This document shows positions 37,593 through 48,605 of a stretch of DNA of 64,000 nt, piece after piece (position 1 is the first letter of the stretch; every line of letters starts with the position of its first letter). The position numbers were made by a program, and so were the translations under genes. Under the pieces are notes generated by a model. The model was given only the letters and a program-made list of their open reading frames with translations. It was not told the DNA's origin and did not search any database. Source of the DNA: Eledone cirrhosa (lineage: Eukaryota). The stretch covers positions 359,600,001 to 359,664,000 of the forward strand of contig OZ024740.1 in assembly GCA_964016885.1 (NCBI GenBank), read 5' to 3'.

Positions 37593-38366
37593 TCAAAAGG
37601 AATATAAATTAAAATAATTAAAATAGTTTATAGGTGCACGGTTAAAACTACTTCGCATACCAGCTCCTATATCGGGTCTACCTCTAACCCTTTTAAGCAA
37701 CGCTATAACGCGCACTCTTTTTCCTTCCGAGACCCTAACAACAGATGTTCGACATCTCTAGCTAGGCTCATTAAAAACCATAAATTAACCAACATTGAAC
37801 ACTCACTAACATAGGATATCTTGGCTAGGGCCCAACCGTTCAATGGACGAAGAAAATCTTGTGACCTCTGTCTTACCGAAGCATATTACATAACTCTATC
37901 ACGACCTCTACCGATTAACGATAGAACGGAGGTAACTATTAGCTGTCAACATCGAAGGGCTAATTCCTTCGCCAACAGAATATTGACCCAACATAGTCAT
38001 CTAGCCCCATTTTTACTTGTAGCTAATAAGTTAAATAGCCATAACTAATTTAGATAATTACAAGTTACATTGTCTCTCAATTAAAAAATTAAAAAATTAG
38101 CACTTAACTATAAACTACCCACAATTTCTAATCTCGCGAGGAGTTACTTCCCCTGAAACCACTCTCTAATTATTAAGGTAAATATGTCCATTGGCGGCCA
38201 TCTTGTTACCCATAGGCAGATCTCACACAATGCAGCCTCTACAGAAGAATACTGCTCGACTATGGCAGACAATTGATATACCCAGAACACCATAGTGAGA
38301 TACCAATATATGGAACATTACATTTATGTAACTTTCTTTCCTTATTTTAATTTATATTCCTTTTGA

Positions 38367-38487
38367 AGTTCCGATGAGCTGCTCTATCTTTACCCATGTT
38401 AATTATTTTCAACTGAACCAGATCAATAATGATATATAATCATTTGATCCAGACATATTATATGGAGTAACGAAACAATTGTAAACG
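38367..38487 (+). ncRNA. Type I hammerhead ribozyme motif, long stem II, CCGAUGA core
   Basis: AGUU-CCGAUGA-GCUGCUCUAU...AUGGAGUAAC-GAAAC-AAUU-GUA-AAC; stem III loop region is palindromic (ACAAUUGU). Confidence 0.6.
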
Positions 38488-38822
38488 GACATTATTATTA
38501 TTAATATTATTATTATTATTCTCTACATTACTTACATCAATCTAAAATATGTTGACAATATTTTAATAATGTCTTCCTTGTGAAATTTGTGGTCTTGTTT
38601 TGCTTAACTAATGAATATTTCCAGCTCTGTGCACCTAACCTCTGCATGAACCCAGCCACCTAGCTGCTTTCCACTGCATATTGCACATTGAGCACATGCC
38701 TTTACACTTTGGCTTCTAACTAATTCACCAATCTCTCCTCTCCTATCTCCTCTCCTATCTCCAGCTCTCTCTTTAAGATTGGTTACTCTTGAACTGTGTA
38801 TATATATATATATATATATATA

Positions 38823-39282
38823 TCGTTTCTGAATTTGTTTAGCAAGATTCTTTATCTGAAAACGTGTGTTGAAACCGATATTGTTATACTTTGGGAGGGT
38901 CACACACACGCACATAGAACAAACAACCAACCAGTAACATGTAAATAAACAAATAAATAAACGAATATAAACACACACAGACACCCGGATGTAACACATG
39001 CGCAAACTAAGCACACAACACACACACAAAAACAAGATGGCCTAGGACAGAACAAAGGAGAGGCACAAAAACAAAGAAAAGAAAAGAATCCCAGTCACTG
39101 AAGAGGTCACAGAATGTGTGACGAAAGAACTTTGACAATATATAAACAATCATCTGGTTGTGGAACCAACCAACCAACCGGAAATTTATAAATTCCTAAA
39201 TTTATAAATTTATTATAATAAATTGAAGTGAAAGCAACTGGTGCGTGTGTTTCTTATTGGCAACATGGCCCTCCCAAAGTAT

Positions 39283-39290
<8 letters not shown>
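38823..39290 (+). mobile_element. ORF-less Penelope pseudo-LTR with inverted tail, between (TA)n tracts
   Basis: 38823-38902 is the inverted continuation of 39265-39290; homologous to 58740-59010 and 62990-63270; contains a hammerhead and a putative ORF start MALPKYNNI. Confidence 0.75.
39094..39136 (+). ncRNA. Minimal type I hammerhead ribozyme
   Basis: GUCA-CUGAAGA-G-GUCACA-gaaug-UGUGAC-GAAAG-aa-CUU-UGAC: intact core, stem I GUCA/UGAC, CUU cleavage triplet. Confidence 0.8.
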
Positions 39291-39313
<23 letters not shown>

Positions 39314-39779
39314 CATTAACTAGTCTGTGTACAATTATATTATACTGCAGCATTAAAAGAACGTTTATAGCCTACAGCAGGCCCAAAAGTGTCGCCGGGA
39401 GCGGACCCCCCCCCCCCCCCCCCCCTCCACCTACACTACTGACATTGCTGGTTAACTTTGGGATTTCAGAGTATATTCGTTGGTTTTATCAAAATTAATT
39501 TTCGCTGTTAAAACTAAATAAAGATTGTTGAGAGGATTTAGACTGATTTATGGGAAGGTGTTCGATAAATCGTAAATCGTATGCTTATCATATAATCAAC
39601 ATGATTAAGAGAAATGTAAATTTCCTGGCCTTGACATTAATTACAAATTAAGTTACGCATCACCATCTTCCGCCTTCTCTTCTTTCTCCTCGTCTTCTTT
39701 ATCTTGTGCTTCTACATATTCATCTAACATACATGTACGTACGTTTTGGAAATATCAGCCAAATAATATATATAGAAAC

Positions 39780-40620
39780 ATATTCTTTCCAATAAGAAGA
39801 GCCATGTTTGCATATGCAGAAGACGTTACTGTTATGTGTTGGACATGTCGCAAATCGTAAGTCGGTGGGTCAGAACTCGACATCTACAGGGGCCGATTCA
39901 ATCAAGATGTTTGGAATATGATTCGGACTAGACCTCCAGGTGAACAAAAACTGTGAAGAAAACATATACAAGGTGGCAAGTTTCATTCAAAAGTGGAGTG
40001 TGAGGAAAATGTATCTAAAAGGCCGATTGGCAGTAGCTAACGTACATGTTGGTTTGGTGTTAGTCGACTTCCTTGTGGTCGTGCCTTTTTCTAAGACATA
40101 CCCGACCAGTTTTTTTGTAGAAGATAGAGGTCCGCTGGTCAGACGGTCTCTCTGCTGCCAACATCCACTACAAGGAAGTCGCGGATAGTCGTCACCGATG
40201 ATGTGCTGATGCAGACACGGCTACAGAAAGTTATGGACAACAGCGGTGGAAAGGTGTATTCAATATTCATGCGACTCGCTTTCCCGCAGCTTGTCTCCTT
40301 GATGGAGCTGCAGTCCTGAGTCCAGCGCAAACCGAGGTAGGTTCTTTGGCATCAATTAGTTAGTAGAAAGTCAACTTTCGCGTTTTATAGAGGGATAGTG
40401 AAAGATATAAGCGTTAATATCCTTGGAGCGTTTCTGGGCGTCAATGAGGATAGTCTGGTATTATGGATAATTTCAAAAAGTCCCTGGGTTTGCAATGCTA
40501 CAGAGGGTCTTCGCCTGGTCGGGATAAAATGTGCATCTGAAAGATTTAGAAATACTATTGCACGTTTCTATGGACTTGGATATATCTACATCAGAAGAGA
40601 ATTATTGAAATCTTGATGAT
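39780..40620 (+). mobile_element. Decayed Tx1/L1 RT fragment
   Basis: FAYAEDVT, IKMFGI, KVASFIQKWSVRKMYLKGRLAVAN. Confidence 0.6.
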
Positions 40621-41723
40621 AAAATTCTGGCACGAAGGGATACTGTCAGAAGTAACCGCCTTAAGTAGAAGCGATCGGAGAAGTTTTTATTTTTGTTATT
40701 ACTTAGCCTCAGGCTAAACCTTATCGAACAGACCTATGATCAAAGGCATTCCGGCTGTCACTACCATGTCTTTCTAATGGTATAAAGAACTATGTTAACT
40801 TACGTTTCATTTTCTTCAACAGGCAGATTATGATTTGAAGGAAAATTCACTTCTATATTTAGTAGGTCTAGCAATCACACAATGGCTTTCTCATTGATTT
40901 GTCGAGCTTCAGAATTCTAAAGAAAGTAATGTTCTAGATGATGTGATGTCCTTGTCTTTTGTAGGGTAAAATGGTGCACTTATAAGAAACACCAAAGAAA
41001 TATATATATTAGAATTTAAATCGATTAGTAATTCAAATGTTGTTGAAATATTAATGTCTTCTAGACAAATCTTTAATTTATTTGGAATGGTAAATTTTAT
41101 TTGGAGTAGTAAATTTTAGTCTCTTAGTGTGTGAACATTTTTTGTGATAAAAAGCAGTATTAACATTTAAATTATTATCCTTATGAAGTAGTTTCATTAT
41201 CTCGACTATAAATAGTATCTGTATCTTGATTTCCAGTAAAAATATAATAAAATATGATTTTTATTGTAAAATTGGTACTACAACCTACATTTTAAAAAAT
41301 GGCATGACACGATGCATATGGAACAAAGTTTAAATCCAAATGATAAAGGAATATGCTTTTAGCTGATGTTAGATGTCAATTCTGCTATCAGAATTGATAA
41401 TCTTTAAGCTTTCATTCCTTATCAGAAAATAAAATTTTTACAATATCTAACAAAAGTACTTTAGTTAAACTTTGTTTCGTCAGTCGATTTCTTCTGCTTT
41501 GGAATATGGCAGAATTGGTTACGATGATTCAAACGTCATACTTGTTATGATGTCCTCATATTCTAGCTAATGAAAAATTAGCCGATTTGCCTGAAGTGCG
41601 TTGTAGGTTCTAGTATTTTCCCTGTATTTTGGGAGCCTACCTGGGTAGGATTTGAACTCGGAACACAGAAAGTGGTAACTAAATACCGTGTAGCGAAAAA
41701 TGTTTGTGAAGCTGTGGGTTCGA

Positions 41724-42174
41724 ATCACGTCGGCGGTCACCATTTGTAGTGGGATATATGGTATTCTTTGATGGATGTTTGATAAGAAGAATAATGCCAT
41801 GATTGTGATGTTGACAATGTTTATTTTACAATAACAATATGTGACAGAATTTATAGCTACTTCGAGCTAGCGTGCACAGAAATAAACAGTATAATCAAAC
41901 CTACTGTGGGGGGTTAGTATTCATTATTCCCTGCTGCTTCGTCTCTCTTGTCTGGTGGCGTAGTCTGTGGCCGAGAAGGTGATGAGAGCCAGTAAGGCCA
42001 GGAGAGAGAAAGAATAAAAGGTCTGCTTCATCGTTAACCTTAACACGGACTGCTTGCTTCGTAGTCTCTGCTTGCTGGATTCCCTAAGTCCTTGTATTTA
42101 TAATAATGCTATAGCTAAAAGGATGTGTATATGAGTTGATTTATGATTAGCCATCTGTGTTTCCTCTGTCTACA
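41724..42174 (-). mobile_element. Gypsy 5' LTR (41745-42174) with tRNA-Trp PBS
   Basis: TGTAG...CTACA termini; plus-strand ATCACGTCGGCGGTCACCA (41724-41742) lies 2 nt from the LTR and matches the tRNA-Trp 3' end; minus-strand AATAAA and TATA-like motifs inside. Confidence 0.72.
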
Positions 42175-42319
42175 AGCTGGGGTCACAGGTCAAGTGGTAT
42201 GTACGTTTATCATACTTGTTTCTTGACAGAGCGATCGTGGGAAACTCGCGATAATGGGTGGTCTCAGAGGCGAGAAACCTCTGATTCGGTTTAGAATCTT
42301 CGCCGATAAAACATAGGAG

Positions 42320-42545
42320 TATTCCGTTATAACCGCAAAGCATTTTGTCCGACGCTCTATCGACCCCACCAATAAACCACCCTTTCATAATAAATATGAT
42401 TTCTGATTTAGGCACAAGACCAACCATTTGGGGGAGGGGAAAGTCAATTAAATCGACCCCGGTGCATTACTGGTGCTTTATTTATCTACCCCGTAAGGAT
42501 GAAAGGCAAAGCTAACCTCGGTGGGATTTGAACTCAGAACGTAAA
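42320..42545 (-). mobile_element. SINE fragments
   Basis: AAGCATTTTGTCCGACGCTCTA head plus a near-complete body ending GGGATTTGAACTCAGAACG. Confidence 0.7.
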
Positions 42546-43124
42546 GAGAAAGTTCGACAAATGAACACCGAAAGGAAGTGTTACGTTCATATAACACACC
42601 AACAGAACATCAAACACACAGGGACGCTATAACAAAGACGCATGTGTTATAGGTAGGTTGGGTGAGGACGAAGAAGTGAGAGAAATATCAATTCGAACAC
42701 ACGAATATAAGATGTGCAATAAGTAATACCGAAATCCCCAAAATTGAAAGAATACAGACCAAAAATAGATAGAACACATAAAGTTTCACCAAAGAAACAT
42801 AACAGCGACTACTGCACGTATAATAAATGGGCTTCCAAAATACAATGAAAATACTAGAACCCACAACGCAAGAAAAAAAAGCATTACAACAAATTTAAAA
42901 TAGACACGAAAAAAAGAGACCTAAATTCCAGATCGAGGATGAAAAACATGGAAATCCATATGGAAATATTAAAATATATTGTATATATCTCCGACAAAAG
43001 TGTTTCGATCCTACACATAACAACAAATGTATATTACAACAGATTAGCCATAATTAATATTGAAGAAGACCAAACAGAAATAATTCATTCTAGCAGTGGC
43101 ACATGACTAGAAGGGGAAAGTCGA

Positions 43125-44700
43125 TTATATCTGTAGCGACGTGGGGTAGGTTGCCAAGAGTTCGCGGCCAAAGGTACTGTATTTCGTTTCTGCCGGTTGC
43201 AACCGCTTAGAAAAGAAGGATAAGGGTTGCCACACGCCGTCGACATGTTGTTGTAAAACGCCTCCAACCCCCGTGTCTGATGCGTCCACTAGCAGCGAAA
43301 GAGGAGCGCCAGACCTGGGGAAAACGAGCATGGAAGCGTTTGCCAACATTACCTTCAGGCGGTTAAAAGATGTTAATTCTTCCTCGTTTAGAGTGATCTC
43401 TTCGTTTTTGCGAGTCCGGTTACGAAGAAGGTCCGTGAGGAGTCTGGCTGCGTCGGAACAATGAGGGATAAAACGCCTATAAAAATTCACCAGACCGAGG
43501 AATTCACACAGTTTCCGAAGTGATGTAGGTGCGGGAAAACTGCGGATAGCTTCTACTTTTTCGGGAAGTGGACGAATGCCGTCTTTATCGATGATGTGTC
43601 CGAGAAAGGACAATGAAGGAACGCCGAGAAGGCACTTGCTGGGGTTGATGATGATACCGTACTCAGCCAAACGTTGGAAAAGGAGATCTAAGTGCTTCTC
43701 GTGTTCCTGCTCGGAAGTACTTGCTACCAGCACGTCGTCAATATACGCGTATACGAAGGGTAGATCGCGTGACACGGTGTCAATAAACCGCTGAAAAGTT
43801 TGTGCAGCGTTGCGCAGACCGAACGGCATTCGCAGGAATTCGAATAAACCGAACGGTGTTGTGATTGCGGTCTTCGGAATATCTACAAGCTCCATAGGTA
43901 TCTGGTTATATGCACGCACCAAATCTATCTTGGAAAAGATGCGTACGCCTTGCAGAGAGGCAGAAAAGTCGTGCAAGTGAGGTACAGGGTAATTATCGGG
44001 CACTGTAGAATTGTTAAGTGCACGATAATCCCCACATGGTCGCCAATCATTCTCGTTTATTTTAGGAACAAGGTGTAGGGGTGCAGACCAGTTGCTGGAG
44101 GAAGGGCGAATGATTCCGAGGTCCAGCATGTGTTGGAACTCCTGTTTGGCGATTCTCAATCGGTCTGGAGGCAGTCTCCTTGGTCGGGCAGATGTGGATG
44201 GTCCCCTTGTCTCGATGTGGTGCGTGACCTTATGCTTAATAGGACCATCCTTAAATACCGGGCGAGTGATGTCTGGGTATTTCTGGAGAATGCCGTTGTA
44301 CCGCGAAGGCTCTGACTGGCAAATTACAGGGCTCACTGTGGATTGCGTGGTAAATATACCTCTCACAGTGAGGTTTGTGGTAGTGTCGATAAGCCTCCGG
44401 TTCTTCATATCCACCAGAAGGTTGAAGTGGTGGAGAAAATTGGCTCCTAGGATAGGGGTCGGCAGGTCTGCCACGACGAACACCCATTGAAAACGCCGCC
44501 TCAGGCCTAAATTGAGGGTCAGTGATTTTTACCCGAATGTCGGAATTGACGATCGGTTCACTGCCTGCAGAAAGGACGGTGTTGGGTGTCTTTTGCCCGA
44601 GATTAGTGAAACAGGAATAACACTAACCTGGGCTCCTGTATCGCCTGGTCGTTAATAAAAAATAGACGACTTTTCTTTTCAGTACCAGGGGTGAACGTCG
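43125..44700 (-). pseudogene. CsRn1-clade Gypsy pol (protease, RT, partial RNase H), 3'-truncated
   Basis: DTGAQVSVIP (upstream residues deleted), [51 protein letters not shown]; integrase absent. Confidence 0.92.
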
Positions 44701-44728
44701 TCGCTAGGCCCTGGTCTGCCCGTTTCCC
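44684..44728 (-). promoter_or_regulatory. Putative -1 programmed ribosomal frameshift signal (gag to pol)
   Basis: In-frame slippery heptamer G_GGA_AAC (44722-44728), 6-nt spacer, then stem ACCAGGG/CCCUGGU; the -1 frame reads into SRLFFIND of pol. Confidence 0.75.
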
Positions 44729-45516
44729 TGGGTGGTATTCTGGAAAGAGCACGGAGCCCTACACTTAGATGCCCGTGCGCCGAATTCTTCGTGATACCAG
44801 CAGAGGTTGCCAGACACACGATTTTGACTGGGACTTCTCGATCTTCGACGGTGAAAGGGCCTGGACCTACTGTTGCTGCGCCGCCGGTGTGTTTGCAAGG
44901 TCAGGCTCTCTAATTGGTTTGAGAGGGCATTAATTTGACCAGCCTGCTCTCTGATCATAGCCCGCAGCTCTGAAATCTCGGAGGTGGAGTCCGAGGACGC
45001 TACGTAAGGGTTCGTCCGACGATCTACCTGTGCTACTGAGGCAAAAGGGTTTGACACCTCAGCGATCTTATCTGCGACACTCGCCAGTTCCTCCGGGGTT
45101 GCTGACTCGTTAGTCGACGTCAGAATGCCCTGAATCGATAAGGGCAAGCGATGTATAAACAGCCGTTTCAGCAGATCTTCTGAAAGCGGCTGGTCCTCCA
45201 TCAGCTGTCTCATCTTTCGCAATAGTTGGGACGGTTTTCTGTCCCCCAATTCTTCTGCAGACACGAGTTGGTTGAGTCGTCTCTGCTGTGACGCGGTCGT
45301 CCGCTTGATCAATTCCTTGCGGAATGATTCATATGACACCGTGCCCGGCGGTGCCATGACGAGGTCCCTCACCTCAGCCAAGACTTCTGGCGGGACAGAC
45401 CCAATGATGTAGGTGAGCTTTGCGGAATCGCTCTTAATTCTGTTCGCGGCGAATTGCGCTTCTATGTGAGCGAACCACAGAGTCGGGTCGTTGGACCAAA
45501 AAACGGGGACTTTCAA
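44704..45516 (-). CDS. CsRn1-clade Gypsy Gag
   Basis: VPVFWSNDPTLWFAHIEAQF...ELGDRKPSQLLRKMRQL...CWYHEEFGARASKCRAPC (CHCC knuckle); the true start was probably lost upstream. Confidence 0.9.
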   Translation of the reverse strand: MKVPVFWSNDPTLWFAHIEAQFAANRIKSDSAKLTYIIGSVPPEVLAEVRDLVMAPPGTVSYESFRKELIKRTTASQQRRLNQLVSAEELGDRKPSQLLRKMRQLMEDQPLSEDLLKRLFIHRLPLSIQGILTSTNESATPEELASVADKIAEVSNPFASVAQVDRRTNPYVASSDSTSEISELRAMIREQAGQINALSNQLESLTLQTHRRRSNSRSRPFHRRRSRSPSQNRVSGNLCWYHEEFGARASKCRAPCSFQNTTQGNGQTRA

Positions 45517-45649
45517 TGTTAACGCCGCTTGTGTGGTGTTTATTCTGGTAGCTTTTAAGGGTTCTTTTGTTTCACGTTGCGGTAGCTAGCTAACAGGTAG
45601 ATGGCGCTGTATATTTCGCAGATGTTATTTCCGGTGGCTGTACATATCG

Positions 45650-45815
45650 ACTCAGTAATTAACTGGTATTTCATTTTACGATAAAATGAAATAAAATGAA
45701 ACCCCGGAAGGATGTAAGCAAAGTTGACCGCGACAGGATTTAAATTCAAAACGAAGAAATGTCGTAACTACACACCGCAAAGCATTTTGTCCGGCGCTCT
45801 ACTGACATTGCCGAT
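45650..45815 (-). mobile_element. Decayed tRNA-derived SINE replacing the Gypsy 5' end
   Basis: CCCCGGAAGGATGTAAGCAAAGTTGACC...AAGCATTTTGTCCGGCGCTCTAC. Confidence 0.65.
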
Positions 45816-45839
45816 ACACCACACTGGATCTTAGACAAA

Positions 45840-45922
45840 TCTATATATAATATAAAAGAAAGATGTTTATTGGTTGGTTGGTTGGCACACACACACACAC
45901 ACACACACACTCACGCACGCGC

Positions 45923-45986
<64 letters not shown>

Positions 45987-46409
45987 CTAAAGAGAGAGAA
46001 ACACAGAAGGAGATGCAGAAAGAGAGAGATAGACCATTATACAGAGAGAGATACAATTAAAGTGTTAGATATTCAGAGAGACGGCTTAAACTATAGATCA
46101 GAGTATATGAGTTGAAGTTTTAACAATATTGCGTTAGCTTTTATAAAGTAGTTTTACTGTCTTTGATTTTACAGAACAAAGAAAAATTGATACTATTTGA
46201 AATGTATCTACCCTCCAGCTTTTATCCATAACTTTTACTCCACCAGCCTAACAAGGAAGTTTTATTATTGTTTTTTTTTTTTATGTTTCTCTCACACACA
46301 CACATTACGGTCTCACCTCATACCAGACAACACATCCAATACAGACGTTTGCTCTTTTATCCGTCTTCTCTTAGATGTTCTCCCGGGCGAAGCCGGGTAC
46401 CTCAGCTAG
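45840..46409 (+). mobile_element. Non-autonomous Helitron (570 bp) with internal microsatellites
   Basis: 5' A|TCTATATATAATATAAAAG; 3' hairpin CCCGGGCGAAGCCGGG then CTAG|T; inserted between A and T with no TSD; internal (TTGG)n, (CA)n and (GA)n. Confidence 0.85.
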
Positions 46410-47082
46410 TAATAAACACTGAGTGTTTTCCTTTTCTTCCTAGACATCCTAACATGCATACATAAAAAGAAAACTATGGATAAAAATATAAAACCATGCC
46501 AGAGCTCACAATGTTATACACGGTCGGTCTAATAGATAACCCTGCTAAGAATAGCCCACATCCTTCACAATATAGTTTAAGCTCAATAATACTATGAAAA
46601 CAGTCAACTCTAGGCATCTCTCTGCCCTGTCTGTTGGCAGGGCGGAAAGATGTTGCCTGTGACTTACATGACTCTGGTTCCTTGATGCGTTGAAATGCAG
46701 ATGTAAGAATGATGCTGGGCCCTGGTCGAGAAAGGAAAGATTTGTTTTGCTATATGCTACATCTTACCAGTTCTTTGAGCAACTCAATCTCATGCGTCTG
46801 TTGCGAGGGACCAGAGTAGACTGGCTGTTTACTCTTCGAAGATTCTGAATCGACTACCGAAAGAACCTATTTTGCTTTCACCTAAAATGACCTGCCACTT
46901 CAGACGGTCATTTAGGTGACGCCAATAGAGATAACAGAGAAAATGACAGCTAGATGTCACCTGAGGGTCAGTCCGTGAAGAGATTTCGCTACAAGAAGAT
47001 ATAGTGACAGACCAAGCGTCTATCGAGAAAAGGACAAAGCCTGTCCTGTATACCTAAAGATTATTGGGCAGACCATCTAAAC

Positions 47083-47550
47083 CATAGGTTCTCAACCCAT
47101 TTTGTCCTTCGAAATCACGAAACGCCCTACCCTATTTTTCCATTTTTCAATATACTACTGATTTTGATATCAGTCGATTACTAAAAAATTGATTAACAAT
47201 ATTCCAAAGATACCATTGCAGGCAGCTGAGAGTATAAATACATTCCTTGAAAGGAAATATATAAATTTAAAAAAAAGGAACATAAATGTTCTTTTTTATG
47301 AATAAGGACCATTTGAATTTGTTATATTCCCACCAGGCGATACCAGCTATTTTGAGCATTTATACAAGAGCAACTCTGTCTATCCAAAGAGTGCTCTTAT
47401 CTGAAAGAAAGTGGCAATTATATCATTTCAAAGCTTTCCAATTTTCCTTTTAATGAAACGGACAGAATAAATGTTGATATCTAACTTGATGTCCCCTCCG
47501 CTTTATGAGCTTAGAGACCATGGAAAAGTGTTTTCGTGACCATATAAGAG
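47083..47550 (-). mobile_element. Solo terminus of the same hAT family as 32035-34836
   Basis: CATAGGTTCTCAACCC start preceded by ATCTAAAC (NNNTANNN); closely matches 32035-32520. Confidence 0.85.
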
Positions 47551-48605
47551 GGAAAGCGAATTTATTATTGTAGCAACATGACTGAGATAGGAAATGCATT
47601 GTGTGCATGCTTGAGTGAATTTTAAAGATTTTCAGACGGAGATATATATATTAATATAAAAGCACACATGACATATTATTATGGATAATAATTGCGTAGA
47701 ATACAAGTTATATAGGGGAAATAACTCTTACTCTCTAACCTCCTGTAATTATAATAGAAAATTTTTTCCGTTTCGTTTTGTTAATTCTATCATAACACGT
47801 ATTCTCTGATAGTTTTCCTTCCCGTCTTTTCTCTGTGTGGATGTACATTAATATTGTCTAATTAAATTAAGCTTATGTTTTGTTTAAGTGAATGTGTTCA
47901 TTTTGAAGTTGTACAATATTCATTATTACAACTACTTTAACTGTTCCCTGACAAATAGTACCAGTTTCAAGATAGAATTATCTTAACGAAGTATATATAA
48001 TTTGACTTGATTTTCGCCAACAAACCACGTGTGGACATGGACGGGAAAAAAGGAAAAAAAAACAAAAACAAATCACTACATTCCTTAGGGATCGCAGTAA
48101 GTACTCCACAAAACATATAAACAACAAAATACACACAGATTTATATACAGATATATACCATATGCATATACACACACGTGAAAAGAAACCACACTATTTC
48201 GTGTGAGACACTATACCGGCCAATTTTACCAATTTACATTGGTAAAATATTTCTTAACATTGACTTCGCTTCTAACCCACATACACCTTTTAATTATATA
48301 TATATACTAGCAGCTGAAAGTTAATAATTTGAAAAAAAATATTATTGAAAGTTTATTATAAAGAAGCAGTATCAGGGAAAAAAAAACAAAAAAAACGTTA
48401 TTTCGCTGTTAATAAACAACTGCCTTCTACAGTACGTTTCATTTAACTTACGCAGCATATTTATTTGTTTACATGCACAGACTCTTCTACACACACACAA
48501 CATTTAGGAAAACGGAAACAAAATACACAAAAAAACAGACATTTTATTTCTATCGTAATCAAGTGCGCTAAACCTATATTGTTTACATTCTGTGTTTTTC
48601 TACGG

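Larger units (their letters stand above)
37350..38615 (+). mobile_element. Penelope-like element 3' end with inverted pseudo-LTR
   Basis: GIY-YIG IVYRCTV...YIGSTSNPFKQRYNAH...CDLCLTE...CQHR at 37622-37975; arms ~37350-37617 and ~38342-38615 are inverted copies. Confidence 0.85.

Noticed and set aside
41715-41742. tRNA-Trp gene (also 27064-27088 and the SINE heads)
   Set aside because: Only the 3' end with encoded CCA is present, next to an LTR, so it is a primer-binding site; the SINE heads do not form full cloverleaves.
41745-42174. 3' LTR of the CsRn1 gag-pol at 43125-45516
   Set aside because: It has a PBS on its downstream side and no PPT upstream, and unrelated sequence intervenes, so it behaves as a separate 5' LTR.
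42985-43015. Hammerhead on the minus strand (GGAUC-GAAAC-acuuuu-GUC-GGAGA)
   Set aside because: Only the 3' half is present; no CUGANGA box was found before the Gypsy fragment begins.
45841-46115. ORFs rich in HT, CV, YI, RE or RR (also at 14797, 36507, 37234, 59141-59657 and 62806)
   Set aside because: They are translations of di- and trinucleotide microsatellites.
46878-46920. Hairpin TCACCTAAAATGACC...GGTCATTTAGGTGA as an RNA gene or terminator
   Set aside because: It is an isolated hairpin in an unassigned repeat-like block with no supporting motif.
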